Part shown: one piece after another, positions 43,648-54,341 of the stretch
Layout of the letters: each line of letters begins with the position of its first letter
How positions within the stretch are numbered: position 1 is the stretch's first letter
Source of the DNA: an uncultured Verrucomicrobiae bacterium
GTDB taxonomy: Bacteria > Verrucomicrobiota > Verrucomicrobiia > Limisphaerales > JAFGQR01
Length of the DNA: 64,000 nucleotides
Direction: 5' to 3'
Assembly: GCA_963788655.1 (NCBI GenBank)
Contig: CAWBHS010000059.1
Coordinates: 1 to 64,000, forward strand
Notes under the pieces: model-generated
Told to the model about the DNA's origin: nothing
Database searches by the model: none
Seen by the model: only the letters and a program-made list of their open reading frames with translations
Translations under genes and position numbers: made by a program

Positions 43648-44638
43648 CTGCCGGCAAGATGCCGGCAGCACATTGCGCAACGTGCTGCTGGCGTCCCGCC
43701 GGCAGAACCGAACACGAACTGTGGGTTAAAATTCCCGCCGCACCAGCAAGGCGTTGCAAAAAATGGAACCCCCCTCCCTATTCGATGAGTGGTTGGCGAG
43801 GCGCCAACCACAGCGCCCGGGGCGGGCGCGCTCCCCGAGGGGAATTGAAATGCGCTGGTTTGGTTCGGCAGCCCTTCCTGCAATCGATCTGCCGGCAAGA
43901 TGCCGGCAACACGCTGCGCAACGTGCTGCTGGCGTCCCGCCGGCAGAACCGAACACGAACTGTGGGTTAAATTTCCCGCAGCACCAGCAACGCGTTGCAA
44001 AAAATGGAACCCCCCTCCCTATTCGATGAGTGGTTGGCGAGGCGCCAACCACGGCGCCCGGGGCGGGCGCGCTCCCCGAGGGGAATTGAAATGCGCTGGT
44101 TTGGTTCGGCAGCCCTTCCTGCAATCGATCTGCCGGCAAGATGCCGGCAACACGCTGGCGCAACGTGCTGCTGGCGTCCCGCCGGCAGAACCGAACACGA
44201 ACTGTGGGTTAAAATTCCCGCAGCACCAGCAACGCGTTGCAAAAATGGAACCTCTCTCTCCTTTCCGATGAGTGGTTGGCGAGGCGCCAGCCACGGCGCC
44301 CGGGGCGGGCGCGCTCCCCGAGGGGAATTGAAATGCGCTGGTTTGGTTCGGTAGCCCTTCCTGCAATCGATCTGCCGGCAAGATGCCGGCAGCACGCTGC
44401 GCAACGTGCTGCTGGCGTCCCGCCGGCAGAACCGAACACGAACTGTGGGTTAAAATTCCCACAGCACCAGCAACGTGTTGCAAAAAATGGAATCCCCTCC
44501 TTATTCGTTGAGTGGTTGGCGAGGCGCCAGCCACAGCGCCCGGGGCGGGCGCGCTCCCCGAGGGGAATTGAAATGCGCTGGTTTGGTTCGGTAGCCCTTC
44601 CTGCATTCGATCTGCCGGCAAGATGCCGGCAGCACGCT
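43648..44638. repeat. Tandem array of about 4.1 x 241-bp units built from REP-like palindromes
   Basis: ctgccggcaagatgccggca starts at 43648, 43889, 44130, 44372 and 44612. Confidence 0.95.
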
Positions 44639-44644
44639 AACATG

Positions 44645-45211
44645 TTAACGCGGAAAACCTTGTTTGATCACCGCGTCCATACCCACTTCCACGGGGGTTT
44701 GTCGTCCCAGGAATTCGAGCAGGACCATGACGCGCTGGCGACCAGGCATGACTTTGGTGATGACAGCTTCCAAACCTTGAAACGGATCGACCAGAACCTT
44801 CACCGTATCGCCGGGAACCATTTCGTCCGGGATCACGTGGAGTTCATTTTCTCCGAGCATCGCGCGCAGTTCTTCGAGAACCTGATCCGGAATGATGGGC
44901 CACTTGGTGCCGAAATGGACCACGGTTTTCACCCCCGGCGCATAGTTCACCCGCGCCAGCGACGTGTTGAAGTCAAACCGGGCGAACAGGTAGCCGGGAA
45001 ACATGGCTTCGGTGACCCACACCTTGCCCTGCCGCGTGGCGCGGCGAAAGCGGAGTCGCGGCACCAGCACTTCCACCGCTTCCATCTGCCGCAAGTGTTC
45101 GGCGGCAATGTGTTCGTGCTTCGGCTGCGACCGAAGGCAGAACCAGGCGATCAACGGCTTTGGATTCGCGGACTCAATTGAATTGTTGCCCGTATTGGGG
45201 GTCCATTCCAT
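44645..45211 (-). CDS. RfaH-like NusG-paralog antiterminator
   Basis: WFCLRSQPKHE..A..HL, MFPGYLF, and a KOW-like GDTVKV..FQGLEAV..RVMVLLEFLG. Confidence 0.9.
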   Translation of the reverse strand: MEWTPNTGNNSIESANPKPLIAWFCLRSQPKHEHIAAEHLRQMEAVEVLVPRLRFRRATRQGKVWVTEAMFPGYLFARFDFNTSLARVNYAPGVKTVVHFGTKWPIIPDQVLEELRAMLGENELHVIPDEMVPGDTVKVLVDPFQGLEAVITKVMPGRQRVMVLLEFLGRQTPVEVGMDAVIKQGFPR

Positions 45212-45414
45212 GTCCGGACTTTACGTAACCGGCTCCGCTCGTCCAATCTCAAACTGAAAATCTGTGCGTTCGAGTGGAGATCAATGATGAATTGTTTCGC
45301 CGGTTACGAGCGAGGAAGGACAATCCGGCTGAGGTCGCCGCGCCGGACCCAGTTCCGCCGCCGCGCGAGCCCTGCCTTGTCTTTCCGCGCAATTCGGGCA
45401 AGCTGCGGGCGTTG

Positions 45415-47109
45415 ATGACTTCCAAACACAAACGGCGGGCGCGCGGTCGTTACGCAGCGGTGCTCCTGGCCGGAGTGCTCTGGGCATTGTCGTTTCCCAA
45501 GCCCAGCATTGCCGGCTTTGCGTGGGTGGCGCCGGGCCTGATGTTGGCGGCGGCGTTGGGGACTGATGGCCGCTCCGCCTTTCGGCTGGGTTACTTGACG
45601 GGTTTGATTTATCACCTGATTTCCCTGTATTGGCTGCTGCTGATTCCCATTCAACTGGAACCCGGCACCAGTTGGCTGACGGGCCACCTTTACAAAATCG
45701 GTCCGGTCGTAGGCTGGCTGGCGTTGAGTGGATTCCTGGCACTATATCCAGGCAGTTGGGTCTGGCTGTGCTGGCGCCTTTATCCGGCCCATTTTGACAG
45801 CACAGGAACGGATACGACTCCATTGGTGGACCAATTTCTGCGCGCCGGACGGGTGCAACGCATGAGCTGGACAGTGGCTTGCGCGGCCCTGTGGGTGGCG
45901 TGGGAAATGATCCAGGCGCGCTTCCTGAGCGGATTTCCCTGGAACCTGCTCGGCGCCTCCCAATACCAAATGCTGCCCATCATCCAAATCGCTTCGATCA
46001 CGGGCGTGTATGGCGTGGCGTTCCTGATGGTCTGGTTTTCAGTGTCGCTGATCGGCGCCGGCGCGCTCATGTTGCGTCAACCGGTTCGCCGGGAAAGCTG
46101 GATGCTTGAACTGATGCTGCCCCTGCTGGGCGTGGCGGGCGTGGTGACCTTCGGCATGCACAAGCTGCGTGAGCCCCAACCGGCCGAAGGCAAGCTCACC
46201 GTGGCGCTCATTCAACCGAGCATCCCGCAGACGTTGATCTGGGAACCCGCGGCGGCTCAGGAACGGTTTCGCAAGGTGATCCAATTGTCGGAACAAGCCC
46301 TCACGAAGGGACATCCCGAACTGCTGGTGTGGCCGGAAGCCGCCGTGCCCGGCTTTGCGCGCTGGAGCACGAACGCCTATGACGCCATCACCAATCTCGT
46401 CCGCCAGCACGAGGTGTGGATGATCCTGGGCTCGGACGATGTGGCCCGCGCCGAACATCCGGAATCCAGCGAGGACTACGTGTATTTCAACAGCGCGTTC
46501 CTGGTTCGGCCGGACGGTGAGTTCGTGGCCGATTACCGGAAACGCAAGTTGGTGATCTTCGGCGAGTATGTGCCGCTGGGCCGCGTGCTGCCGTTCTTGA
46601 AGTATTTCACGCCGATCAGCGGCGGCTTCACGCCGGGCCAACGTCCGATTCCGTTTGTGCTGCCCGATCTCGGCGTCAGGACTTCGGTGTTGATTTGTTT
46701 TGAGGACGTGTTTCCGCAGCTCGTGCGGGAGTATGTGGATGACCAAACCGATTTCCTGATGAACCTGACCAACGACGGCTGGTTCGACGAGAGCGCCGCG
46801 CAATGGCAACACGCGGGCAGTGCCGCGCTCCGGGCCATCGAGAACGGTCTGCCGCTGGTGCGCTGCGCCAACAATGGACTGAGTTGTTGGGTCGATGCGT
46901 GCGGCCGCCTGCACGACGTCGATTTTCCAGGGACCAAAGACATTTACGGCGCCGGTTACAAACTGGTCACCGTGCCCACTCTGGCCGGCGCCAAACACGA
47001 CCTGACGATCTACACACGTTACGGCGATTGGTTCGGCTGGAGTTGCGTGGGACTGACGGGCGTCCTGTTGGCGAGCCATTGGGTCTCGCGCCGCCGCCAA
47101 CCGGCCTGA
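45415..47109 (+). CDS. lnt: Apolipoprotein N-acyltransferase
   Basis: GFPWNLLG, VWPEAA, YRKRKLVIFGEYVP, ICFED, NLTNDGWF and RAIENG..LVRCANNG. The start is uncertain (ORF open from 45274). Confidence 0.95.
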   Translation: MTSKHKRRARGRYAAVLLAGVLWALSFPKPSIAGFAWVAPGLMLAAALGTDGRSAFRLGYLTGLIYHLISLYWLLLIPIQLEPGTSWLTGHLYKIGPVVGWLALSGFLALYPGSWVWLCWRLYPAHFDSTGTDTTPLVDQFLRAGRVQRMSWTVACAALWVAWEMIQARFLSGFPWNLLGASQYQMLPIIQIASITGVYGVAFLMVWFSVSLIGAGALMLRQPVRRESWMLELMLPLLGVAGVVTFGMHKLREPQPAEGKLTVALIQPSIPQTLIWEPAAAQERFRKVIQLSEQALTKGHPELLVWPEAAVPGFARWSTNAYDAITNLVRQHEVWMILGSDDVARAEHPESSEDYVYFNSAFLVRPDGEFVADYRKRKLVIFGEYVPLGRVLPFLKYFTPISGGFTPGQRPIPFVLPDLGVRTSVLICFEDVFPQLVREYVDDQTDFLMNLTNDGWFDESAAQWQHAGSAALRAIENGLPLVRCANNGLSCWVDACGRLHDVDFPGTKDIYGAGYKLVTVPTLAGAKHDLTIYTRYGDWFGWSCVGLTGVLLASHWVSRRRQPA

Positions 47110-47849
47110 GCCGTATGTAGGCAGCTACTCCAACTGAATGGGTAGAGCTTAACCCGTATCCATGCAGTAGCCGGAGTAGTCACAAGACGATTCAGTAACG
47201 TAGGACCGGCTTAAACCGCAGCTCCGAGAACGCGCCCGAACCGAAAGGCAAGGCGGTGGCGATCACCTTCGACGGGCCGGTCCAGAGCTTTTACTCGACG
47301 CTGGCGGGACATTCACTCATTCCTTTCGACGTGGCAGCCGAGGTAACGAGGCTCAAATCCCATGAGGAACGAATCAATTCCAGAGCCTCCTCACGTCGGC
47401 TGCTACTCTTCCGAGGGCGGGCGGCAAGTGCGGGCTGTTCCGGCACGAGTCCACGGAGGGGCGGGGCCGCTTGATCCTCTTCTTCCCCGATGAACATTCC
47501 AGCGCGGAGACGCGATACCACTTCGAAGAGTTGGTCTTGGCCCACGCCTGGCTGAGTCCTGGCAGGGACTTGCGAGAATGGCCCAGCGTTTCAACGCTGG
47601 GAATGAGGCGCAGTATGGAGCAGAGTCCCGAACGGGACGACAGAGAAGAGTGACTGGAAAACCCCGCCATTCTACTTCCCTCCCTGCCGGGACTCGCTTT
47701 GTGTTCAACGGCGGCCCCACCGTCGATCTGAAGCTGTTCCTGCCGAGGGCGCGAGCTGCGGGCATCTGAGATCTTCGGATTACTCGTATGTGGTTGGCGA
47801 GGCGCCTACCGCGGCGCCCGGGGCGGGCGCGCTCCCCTTCTCGTCCGGG

Positions 47850-49938
47850 TTACGCCGATTGTGGCGCCGGTTGGAGAGCGGTGGGCGCTTCGCGTTTTTC
47901 GCCATCAGTGGGCGGGCCAGCGGACGCGCCACCTTGATACGGCTCCAGTTCTTCGCCCTGGCGCACCAAGCGGGCACTGTTGAAGATGACCATCAGCGAG
48001 CCGGTGTTTTGCAGCACAGCGGCCACGATGGGATTGATTTTGCCGAAGGCCGCCAAAGCCAAACCGCCAATAATGAAGGCCACGCCCAACAGGAAGTTCT
48101 GGTTGATCACCGAGCGGGTGCTGCGCGACAGCCGCACCAGGAACGGCAGGCGGCGCAGATCATTGTTCATCAGCGCGATGGTGGCGCTGTGAATGGCCAC
48201 TTCGCTGCCGGCGGCGCCCATCGCGATGCCGATGTCGCCGGCGGCCAACATGGGCGCGTCGTTCACGCCGTCGCCGACCACGGCCACCCGGTAGCCTTTC
48301 GACTTAGTGCGGTTGACAAAATCGACCTTGTTCTGCGGCAGGCATTCGCCCACGACTTCCTCGCAGCCGATCTCTTTCGCCACGCGGGTCGCCACCGGTT
48401 GACGGTCGCCGGACACCATGGCCACACGGCGGACACCGGCTTCTTTGAGCGCGGCCAGCGACTCACGCGCTTCGGAGCGCGTCTGATCCTGCAGGCCAAC
48501 CCAGCCGAGGCATTTGCCCTCACGCGCCACGAAGATCAGGCTGAAGCCTTCGGTTTCGTTCAGGTCCACCGACTTCAGGAAATCTTCGGTCACGTGATTG
48601 TCCTGCAGCCATTGCGCCCGGCCTACCAGGACCGGCGTGTCTTCCACGCTCGCCTGGATGCCGCGTCCGGCCGTTTCGGCAAAATCCTTCGGTTCAGCCA
48701 GCGGCACGCCCGCCTCGCCGGCCAGTTGAGCCAGCGCTTTGGCCGTGGGATGGTTGCTGTATTTTTCCGCGGAGGCGGCCACCCGCAGCAATTCGGCCGG
48801 CGCGACCCCTTCGGCGGGAGCCAGCCGGCTGACCGCCAATCGGCCAGTGGTGATCGTGCCGGTTTTATCGAACACAAACGCAGTTGATGCGCGCGGCAAA
48901 TTCAATGTCGCTGACGTTTTTGATCAAAATCCCCAAACGCGCCGCCGCGGAAAGCGCCGCCACCATGGCCGTGGGCGTCGCCAGAATGAACGCTCACGGA
49001 CAGGCGACAATGAGCACGGAGATCACGCGGTTGAGATCCTTGGTGAACGCCCACACCAACGCGCCCATCACCAGCACCATGGGCGTGTAATAGACCATGT
49101 ATTGGTCGATGATGCGCATGATCGGCAGCTTGGTTTTCTCGGCGGCGAGAATGAGTTCGCGCACGCGGCCCAACGTGGTTTCCTGGCCGGCGCGGCTGAC
49201 TTTGATTTCGAGCACGCCGGTAAGGTTCTGCGTGCCGGCAAAGACTTCGTCGCCGGGCTTCTTGTCCACCGGCAACGATTCGCCGGTGATGTTGGCCTGG
49301 TTGAACGAGCCTTGTCCGGTGACGATGACGCCGTCGGCGGCCACGTTGTCACCGGGGCGAATGCGGATCGTGTCGCCGACTGCCAGGTCTTTGGCGGCCA
49401 CTTCCTCTTCGCCGCTGGCGGTCAGGCGCCGGGCTTTGGTAGGCGTCAGTTTGATGAGCGATTCGATGGAGGCGCGCGCGCCTTCGGCGGTGCGGTTCTC
49501 GATGATCTCGCCGATCAACATGAGGAACGCCACCACGCCGGCGGTCTTGTAATCGCCGGAGGCAAACGCGGCGAGCACGGCGAGCCCCACCAGTTCGTTG
49601 ATGCTGACGATGCCGCGCTGGAGATCTTTGAGCGCCTTCAATACCACCGGGTAACCGAGGAGAATGGCGCCAATCATGGCGCTGGCGCCGGCGACCATGC
49701 TGCCTCCGTGAAACAGGCCTTTGAGATTGCTGGCTTGCTCGCCAAAACTCGGACCTTGCGGCAGCAGCCAGTCCGCAATGTAGGCGTTGATCACGAACAG
49801 CACGCCGATCAGCGTTTGTTTCAGGCGGATGGGCGCGTGTTTTTCGCCGCGGCCGCAAACCGAACAGGAGCCGTCCGGCCCGAGGTGATCATGAACATGC
49901 TCGGCGGCCGAGTGGGAGAGTGAGGTCGTGGTGGGCAT
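47850..49938 (-). CDS. Heavy-metal P1B-type ATPase with in-frame UGA in the CPC motif (CPU); one frameshift near 48883
   Basis: TGES, ACP*AFILATP, FDKTGT, SNHP and GDGVNDAP motifs; His/Cys-rich N-terminus HVHDH..CSVC. Confidence 0.9.
48954..48981 (-). promoter_or_regulatory. Candidate bacterial SECIS hairpin
   Basis: GCGACGCCCAC-GGCCATG-GTGGCGGCGC begins 12 nt after the UGA at 48994-48996; the apical loop starts with G. Confidence 0.5.
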
Positions 49939-50355
49939 ACGGATCAAAGGTTTTGGTGGGCGGAAGCGGTTCTTTCAACTCTGGATGACGACGTGCAGAG
50001 TTTGGCAGATACAGAAGTATTCGTGGCTCGCGAATTGGCGGACGGTTCCATTCCCCTCTCCCTGGCCCTCTCCCTGGGGGAGAGGGGAACGCCGGCGGCA
50101 CGCTCAGGAAAATGGACCGCCCATTGGCCGGAGGCTGGTTGTCGTTTTTCGATCAGCTTCGAGACACCACCAATGCGCCGAATGATTCTCCCGCTCCCCC
50201 AGGGAGAGGGCTGGGGGGAGGGGGAAGGAGATGTGCGCAAACCCGGAAGAAAGGATTCACCCAAGCGGCTGAAAAGTTCGAGCGACTTTAGACCGTTCAT
50301 CGGTTCAAGGCCCCGGCTTTCCCGAAAGCAATCGACCGGGTTGATTCGACAATCC

Positions 50356-51480
50356 CTAGTGTTCATGACCAGTCTCCACTTCGGCGGATTTGGGCTTGGG
50401 CGGTTCGCGATTGAGCAACAGCCGCAACTCGCGCGGCTTGCCGTCCAGCCGTTCCTGGATCATCATTTTCTCGGTCACGTTGGTGAACACCGCTTCCAGC
50501 CCCTGGGCATACAGCAAGTCCATGAAGAGCTGCGGATTCTTTCGGTATTCGGGTAACAGGTCGGTAAAGCGTTTGGCTTCGGCGGCGACTTGTTCGACCA
50601 TGCCTTTACGTTCGGCCTCCGCCGTGTTCACGCGGGCCTGGGAATCGGCTTTGGCTTGGCTCATCGTTTTCGTTTCGTACGAGCGGGCATCGCTCAGGGC
50701 GCTGCTCTTTTTGACTTCCGCGTCCAACACCCGCTCGAAATCCGCGGTCAATTGCCGCGGCGCAATGACCTCGGCGGACAACTGGTCCACGGCAATGTCG
50801 AGTTTCTGTTCGGCGATCAATTGGTCCAGCCGCTGAGTCACCTTTTCCCGGAACGGCGTGATGTCCCGCGTGACCTCGACCGTGCTCTGCACCGCGGCGA
50901 AATTCAGGGCGTTGTTCAGGGCGTTTTGCACCAGGTTCGAGGCGTTCGCCAATTCGAACACGTAACGCAAGCCCGGTTCGGCGATGCGATAACGCAATGT
51001 GGCCCGCGCATGAACGATGCTGCCATCGCCGGTCAGCACGTAGCCTTCGGTAATCGGGTTTAGCGTTCTGCCGGGAGGCGGTTCATTTTTCGCGGCTTCC
51101 ATGGCGGGGGTCGTGTCGTACCAGCCCACGGTCGAACTGAGGGTTTGCACTTCGCCCACTGGGATATGCACGACTTCATCTATCGGATAAGGAAACGCCC
51201 AATGCGGACCGGGTCCCAGCAAGGCGCTTTCGTCCGTGCCCACCGGTTTGCCAAAGCGGAGGATGATGGCCTTCTCCTGCGGCTGGACGGTGAAAAATCC
51301 GGAGCCCAGAAACACCACCACCAGCACCACCATCAGAATCTTGATGATGAAAAAACTGCTGCGCAACGCGTCCGACAGCGCCTGGGCCGACGAATCGTCC
51401 CGGCTCGCCGGGGGCAGCGATTCCGGCGCGGGCGCGGGCGACGCGGGCCGAGGTGACAATGGATCTTTGGGGTCGCTCAT
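50356..51480 (-). CDS. HflK-like SPFH protein
   Basis: One TM helix, GFFTVQPQEKAIILRFGK, GPHWAFPYPIDEV, LTGDG and a coiled-coil tail. Confidence 0.88.
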   Translation of the reverse strand: MSDPKDPLSPRPASPAPAPESLPPASRDDSSAQALSDALRSSFFIIKILMVVLVVVFLGSGFFTVQPQEKAIILRFGKPVGTDESALLGPGPHWAFPYPIDEVVHIPVGEVQTLSSTVGWYDTTPAMEAAKNEPPPGRTLNPITEGYVLTGDGSIVHARATLRYRIAEPGLRYVFELANASNLVQNALNNALNFAAVQSTVEVTRDITPFREKVTQRLDQLIAEQKLDIAVDQLSAEVIAPRQLTADFERVLDAEVKKSSALSDARSYETKTMSQAKADSQARVNTAEAERKGMVEQVAAEAKRFTDLLPEYRKNPQLFMDLLYAQGLEAVFTNVTEKMMIQERLDGKPRELRLLLNREPPKPKSAEVETGHEH

Positions 51481-51482
51481 GG

Positions 51483-52433
51483 CTATTGGGCAATCGGTTT
51501 CACCGGCGTCGAGGCGGGTGGTGAATTGGACAGCGCGTTGGCGGTTGCCGGTGCGAGCGGACCTTTGAGCAGGTTCAACGGCGACGTCTGGGAGTCGAGG
51601 ATCAGCACCGCCTTGTCCTTGACGAACGATTCCAACGCGCGCAGTCGCAGGATGAAATTCGCCAGTTCGGGATCCTGTTTGTAAATTTCAAACGACTTGG
51701 CGGCCTCGCTTTCGCCTTGGGCACGAATGCGCGTGGCCTGGGCATCGGCATTGGCGAGCATCTTGGCGCTTTCGGCATCGGCGGCGGAGCGGATGTCGCT
51801 CGCCTGGCGTTCGCCTTCCGACTGGATTTTGCTGACCTGGAGTTGCCGTTCCTTGCGCATTTGCTCGAAGACCGATTCGGTGACGCTTTCGGGCAAGCCC
51901 AGCTTGCGAATGCCGAGGAAGTTCACCACGATACCGTAATTGTTGGTGCGCACGCCGCCCTGCACGCGGGCCAGCATTTCCTGTTCGATCTGGGTGAATT
52001 TGAGTGTTTTGACATCGGCGGAAACCAGGTCCGAAAACGGATGCTGCCCCACCACGCTGCTGAACGTGTTCCGCACCAAGTCGCCCAGGCTTTCTTCAGC
52101 GCGGGAAATCGAATCGCCAAACCGCGGGAAGAACAGTTTTGGCTCGCTGATTTGCCAGCCCACATACACGGAAACCAGCAGACTGTATTGGTCGGCGGTC
52201 AGTACTTGCTCGAACTTGCTCTCGAGGCTGTGCGTTCGTTGGTCGAATTTGTAAACCTTTTGGATCGGCCACGGCCATTTCAAATGGGGACCGGGACCGG
52301 CATCCCGCGTGGCTTTGCCAAAGGTCGTCACAATGGCCACCTGGCTCTTGCGCACTTGGAAGACGAAGAGCAGCAGCAGAAACACAATCATCAGCAGCAC
52401 GCCGACAACGATGGTTAAAGGATTTCGTTTCAT
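51483..52433 (-). CDS. HflC-like SPFH protein
   Basis: AIVTTFGK..GPHLKWPWPIQ, LPESV..VFEQMRKER, RAQGE and DPE. Confidence 0.88.
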   Translation of the reverse strand: MKRNPLTIVVGVLLMIVFLLLLFVFQVRKSQVAIVTTFGKATRDAGPGPHLKWPWPIQKVYKFDQRTHSLESKFEQVLTADQYSLLVSVYVGWQISEPKLFFPRFGDSISRAEESLGDLVRNTFSSVVGQHPFSDLVSADVKTLKFTQIEQEMLARVQGGVRTNNYGIVVNFLGIRKLGLPESVTESVFEQMRKERQLQVSKIQSEGERQASDIRSAADAESAKMLANADAQATRIRAQGESEAAKSFEIYKQDPELANFILRLRALESFVKDKAVLILDSQTSPLNLLKGPLAPATANALSNSPPASTPVKPIAQ

Positions 52434-52444
52434 AGCCTTGAAAT

Positions 52445-54328
52445 TCATTTCGATTTGATCGTCGGCAGCCCGACGCCCAGCAAGTCTTGCCGGATTTTTT
52501 CCTCGAGATCGAACTGGATGACGTCCGCGGTGTTGGTGGTGGCCAGGATGTATTTGCGGGCGTTACGGCTGCCCTCGACCAGGGTGTTGAGGTAGGACCG
52601 TTGGGAATAGACTTCCGGCGCGGCGCGATAGGCGGCGATCTGGTTGGTGTATAACACCACCCGCGCTTGCGCCGTCAACTCGGCGCGCACCTGGTCTGCC
52701 TGGGCGTCGTTGAGGCGACGCGTAACCTCCGCGCTGGCCTGGGCGTTGGTTTCGACCGCATGCGCCTGGGCCGCCAGGATGTTGCCGGTCCGTTTATGTT
52801 TCGCGCTTACCACTTCCTCGTAGGCCGAGGCGACCTTGACCGGAGGGTGGATGTCCTGGAGGCCGACGAAGATGATTTCGACGCCCAATTTCAGCGCGTT
52901 GGCCCGGGCCTGAATCCGCCGCCGCAATTCCTGCGAGGCGGCGAAGCGTTCGCGCGAGATGACTTCGTTGTAGTCGGCGTTGACCATGTAGTTCAACAAT
53001 TCCCGGACGCCCATGTCCTCGAGCAGTTGGTCCGGATTCGAGTAGCCGTAAGCCCACTCCACCAGGTTGGTGATCTGGTATTGCACCGGGATGCTGGCGG
53101 CCAGCAGTTTGACGGGCGGACTTTCCTTGCCGGTGGCGGAATTGGTGGTGGTGATTGGGGGTTCCCGGCTGGCGACCAGCAAGCGAAATTCTTCCTTCGT
53201 ATGGCTGACCGTCCAGAGCGTGACATCCGCGTGCTCGCCGCCTTCGTGTCCTTCAATGTGCTTATGTCCCACGGTGAACGTATGAATTTCGTCAGTGCGA
53301 TACCGATGGATCTGGTCGATGGGCCAGGGCAGTTTCAAATGGAATCCCGCTCTCAACAAGCCGGTGCCTACCGGCTGGCCAAAGCGTTCCCACAGGGCCT
53401 GTTCCCCGACTTCGATGAAGACGAAACAGGTCGAGGCAAACAACAGGGCAATCTGCGCCACCAGGAGCAAGGCCAGCCGTTGCTCGAGGAACTTGTAGAA
53501 CCACGTTTCCGAGACCTTGAACCCGAACTGGTAATCCAAGGCATGGGCCGCCGTGGTAAAAATTCCTTCCGGCCGGCTCAGCAAGCCCACCAGGCGGCTT
53601 TCGTAAATCAGGCGCTCGACCTTGCCTTTGACGCGCGGCCGGTAAATCTCGAGCACCAGCGTGACGGCCGTTTCCACGGCCAGCAACCCCAGCAGAATGC
53701 ACAAGGCGCGGGCGATCACGGCATCGACTCGCGGGAAACCGGTTTCGAAGAAGATGATCGTTACGACCACCAGCGCGATCAAATACGCGCTGAGCAACAA
53801 ATAGCTGGCACCGGGATTAAGCAGCCGATGGCTTTCGAAACGCGTCAGATTGGCGGCGTATTTCCCCAGAATGAACAGCACCAGGAACAGCAGGCCCAGA
53901 ATGGCCATGCCCACCAGCGGTTTCTCAATGCGAACCGCGACCGTTTTATCCAGCCAGTTCCAGTACCAAATCGCGCCGCCGATCTCGATCAGAAACAACA
54001 GCACGCTGAAGCCCGGAACAAAGAACTTTTCAAACTGTTCCCGCGAGCGCCGGGCGGGAAAAGCCTCCGCGGCCTGGGTGTTGAACAAGCCGGCGCTACC
54101 TCCGCTTCGGGTCACCTCGTCGAACTCCAATTTCTCGAGGCGTTCCTGTTCCTCCAACCGCATCTGGAACCAACTGACTGCCGCCACCAGCACCGCGAGC
54201 AGCAGGAAGACCGTGGCCACTTCGCCCGCCAGCACGTGACTGTACCGCGCCACGGCAAACTCCACCACACCGACGACCAGCAGCACCAGCAGATTGACCA
54301 GCCCGCTCTTTTGTATGTTCCGTTCCAT
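52445..54328 (-). CDS. HflK-like SPFH protein with a large N-terminal multi-TM domain
   Basis: Several TM helices, then LDYQFGFKVS, ERFG, LPWPID and LQDIHPP. Confidence 0.85.
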   Translation of the reverse strand: MERNIQKSGLVNLLVLLVVGVVEFAVARYSHVLAGEVATVFLLLAVLVAAVSWFQMRLEEQERLEKLEFDEVTRSGGSAGLFNTQAAEAFPARRSREQFEKFFVPGFSVLLFLIEIGGAIWYWNWLDKTVAVRIEKPLVGMAILGLLFLVLFILGKYAANLTRFESHRLLNPGASYLLLSAYLIALVVVTIIFFETGFPRVDAVIARALCILLGLLAVETAVTLVLEIYRPRVKGKVERLIYESRLVGLLSRPEGIFTTAAHALDYQFGFKVSETWFYKFLEQRLALLLVAQIALLFASTCFVFIEVGEQALWERFGQPVGTGLLRAGFHLKLPWPIDQIHRYRTDEIHTFTVGHKHIEGHEGGEHADVTLWTVSHTKEEFRLLVASREPPITTTNSATGKESPPVKLLAASIPVQYQITNLVEWAYGYSNPDQLLEDMGVRELLNYMVNADYNEVISRERFAASQELRRRIQARANALKLGVEIIFVGLQDIHPPVKVASAYEEVVSAKHKRTGNILAAQAHAVETNAQASAEVTRRLNDAQADQVRAELTAQARVVLYTNQIAAYRAAPEVYSQRSYLNTLVEGSRNARKYILATTNTADVIQFDLEEKIRQDLLGVGLPTIKSK

Positions 54329-54341
54329 CGTTCGGTTCGTT

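Noticed and set aside
43648..44638. 241-bp array as a CRISPR-like array with spacers
   Set aside because: Units are almost identical throughout; the variable patch is a drifting C/T tract, not unique spacers.
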